Part shown: positions 62,584 through 64,000 of the stretch, piece after piece | Layout of the letters: each line of letters opens with the position of its first letter | Numbering within the stretch: position 1 is the first letter of the stretch | NCBI GenBank assembly: GCA_028875225.1 | Contig: JAPPFB010000002.1 | Location: forward strand, 11,182 to 75,181 | Direction of reading: 5' to 3' | DNA from: Chloroflexota bacterium | GTDB taxonomy: Bacteria > Chloroflexota > Dehalococcoidia > Bin125 | Length of the DNA stretch: 64,000 nucleotides | Notes under the pieces: model-generated | What the model was told of the DNA's origin: nothing | Database searches by the model: none | Seen by the model: only the letters and a program-made list of their open reading frames with translations | Position numbers and translations under genes: made by a program

Positions 62584-64000
62584 CTACTCCAGAGCGAGCA
62601 GCCACGGGTAATGCGGCTGTCCACCGTCGATCAGGTCGACCTCGAGGCCCGTTGATTCTGCAATCGCTTCGGCCAGCGCATCGGCCCGTTCTTCCGAAAC
62701 CTCTTCACCGATATATGCGGTGAACAGCGACGCTCCCGACAACGAATCGGCCATTTGCGCGGCCAGCGACAGCGCGACATCGTCGATGGAATCACCGGCG
62801 CCGGCAATTTCGCCGTCGAGCATCGCGAATGGCTGACCTTCGGCGATCGGGATGTCGCCTTCGAGTGTCCGGGCGGCATGGGTGACGCGACCGATTCGCA
62901 CCGATTCCAGGGCGTCCTGCATTTCGGCGACGACATCCTCGGCCGGCACTCCGCCGATCACGGCGGCGAGGGCGGCCACGCCTTCGGCCTGGCTGTCGTT
63001 GTGGATCACGTGAATCCGCTGCGGTTCGGCGGCCGCGGCGGCGAGTTCTCCGGCGCGCTCGGCGGCCGGCGTGACGTTGTGGTTGTTGGGCAGGATGATC
63101 ACGTCCTCGCCCTTGACCGACTCGGCCGCAGAAAACAGCATCTCGACCGAGGGGTTGTCGGCCGCGCCGCCGGAAACGATGGCGGCGGCGCCGAGCTCGG
63201 TGAAGACGCGGACAAAGCCGCTGCCCTGGACGACCGCGACGACCGCGGCGTCGGACTCCGACTCGTGGGTGCGGGCCGCCTGCATGCGCATGTCGACGGC
63301 GCGGAAGACTCGAATCCGGCCGGCCTCGTCGGCGGCGGCGTAGGCGTCGGCGGGCTCGGTGGTGTGCAGGTGAATGCGCAGATCGTCGCCATCGGGGGCG
63401 AGCATGACGGTCTCGTCATCGCCCGAGAGCACGTCGCGCAGGCCGTCGATGTCATCGACGTTGGCAACGACGAGCTCGGTGCAGAAGCCGTCGAACTCGC
63501 CTCCGTCGTCGAGCCGGCGGGCGAGCCAACCCGGGTCGATGGCGCCCAACTCGGCGGGTACGTCGGGAATGGGCTCGCCGGCGAGCGCGCCGGCCATGCC
63601 GCGCAGCATGAACTCGAGTCCGCGCGCGCCGGCGTCGACGACGCCGGCGTCCTTGAGCACAGGGTTCTGCTCGGGCGTGTGCTCGACCGATTCATAGGCC
63701 GCCTCGACAGCGCGCTGCAACTGCGCGAGCAGCTCGGCATCGGCGGATTGAACGGCGGCGGCGGTATCGGCAGCGACAGAGATCATCGTGCCGTCGCGGG
63801 GTTCGGCGACGGCGTTGCGCGCGGCCTCGGCGGCGCTGGCAAAGGCTGCGGCCAGTGAGGCGTCGCCGTCTGCTGACAATCCGGCGGCGAATCCGCGCAG
63901 CCATTGGGCGCCAATCACCCCGGAGCTACCTCGACCGCCCAGCAGGGCAGCAGAGGAGGCGGCGGTCGCGATCTCCCGTGCCGGGGCGTCGTCGGCCAGA
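62584..64000 (-). CDS. DAK2-domain fatty acid kinase-like protein (FakA-like), 5' end outside the window
   Basis: GGRGSSGVI at the window edge, DGTMISV, LKDAGVVDAGARG, GFCTE, RIHLHT, NPS, ILPNN, GGQPHYP; adjacent to DegV and recG. Confidence 0.9.
   Translation of the reverse strand, partial: LADDAPAREIATAASSAALLGGRGSSGVIGAQWLRGFAAGLSADGDASLAAAFASAAEAARNAVAEPRDGTMISVAADTAAAVQSADAELLAQLQRAVEAAYESVEHTPEQNPVLKDAGVVDAGARGLEFMLRGMAGALAGEPIPDVPAELGAIDPGWLARRLDDGGEFDGFCTELVVANVDDIDGLRDVLSGDDETVMLAPDGDDLRIHLHTTEPADAYAAADEAGRIRVFRAVDMRMQAARTHESESDAAVVAVVQGSGFVRVFTELGAAAIVSGGAADNPSVEMLFSAAESVKGEDVIILPNNHNVTPAAERAGELAAAAAEPQRIHVIHNDSQAEGVAALAAVIGGVPAEDVVAEMQDALESVRIGRVTHAARTLEGDIPIAEGQPFAMLDGEIAGAGDSIDDVALSLAAQMADSLSGASLFTAYIGEEVSEERADALAEAIAESTGLEVDLIDGGQPHYPWLLALE

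Overview
High-GC bacterial chromosome segment. Gene content (F420-type LLM/Ddn enzymes, many CaiB-type CoA transferases and crotonases, Tat-lipoprotein peptide-ABC binding proteins, DUF1800/DUF1501) is suggestive of a heterotrophic Chloroflexota/Dehalococcoidia-like organism; this taxonomy is inference only. Positions 1-41.7 kb are mostly catabolic/accessory: two peptide-type ABC operons, a flavin-dependent halogenase with a winged-helix-like and SEC-C tail, an NHL-DUF1501-DUF1800 trio, CoA-transferase/crotonase/aldolase genes, a sulfatase, tandem LLM and crotonase paralogues and a NucS-like nuclease. After a tRNA-Gly(CCC) the genes are mostly housekeeping (class A PBP, gatCA, Lrp plus aminotransferase, trpS, argS, recG, DegV, DAK2). 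There is no CRISPR array, integrase or transposase. At least three families of short palindromic REP/REPIN-like repeats and a 10-bp-period repeat family occur. Two of these families also sit in frame inside protein linkers (both fused CoA transferases, and RecG). These in-frame repeats and the orphan halogenase are the most notable observations. All protein calls come from motif recognition, not database searches.
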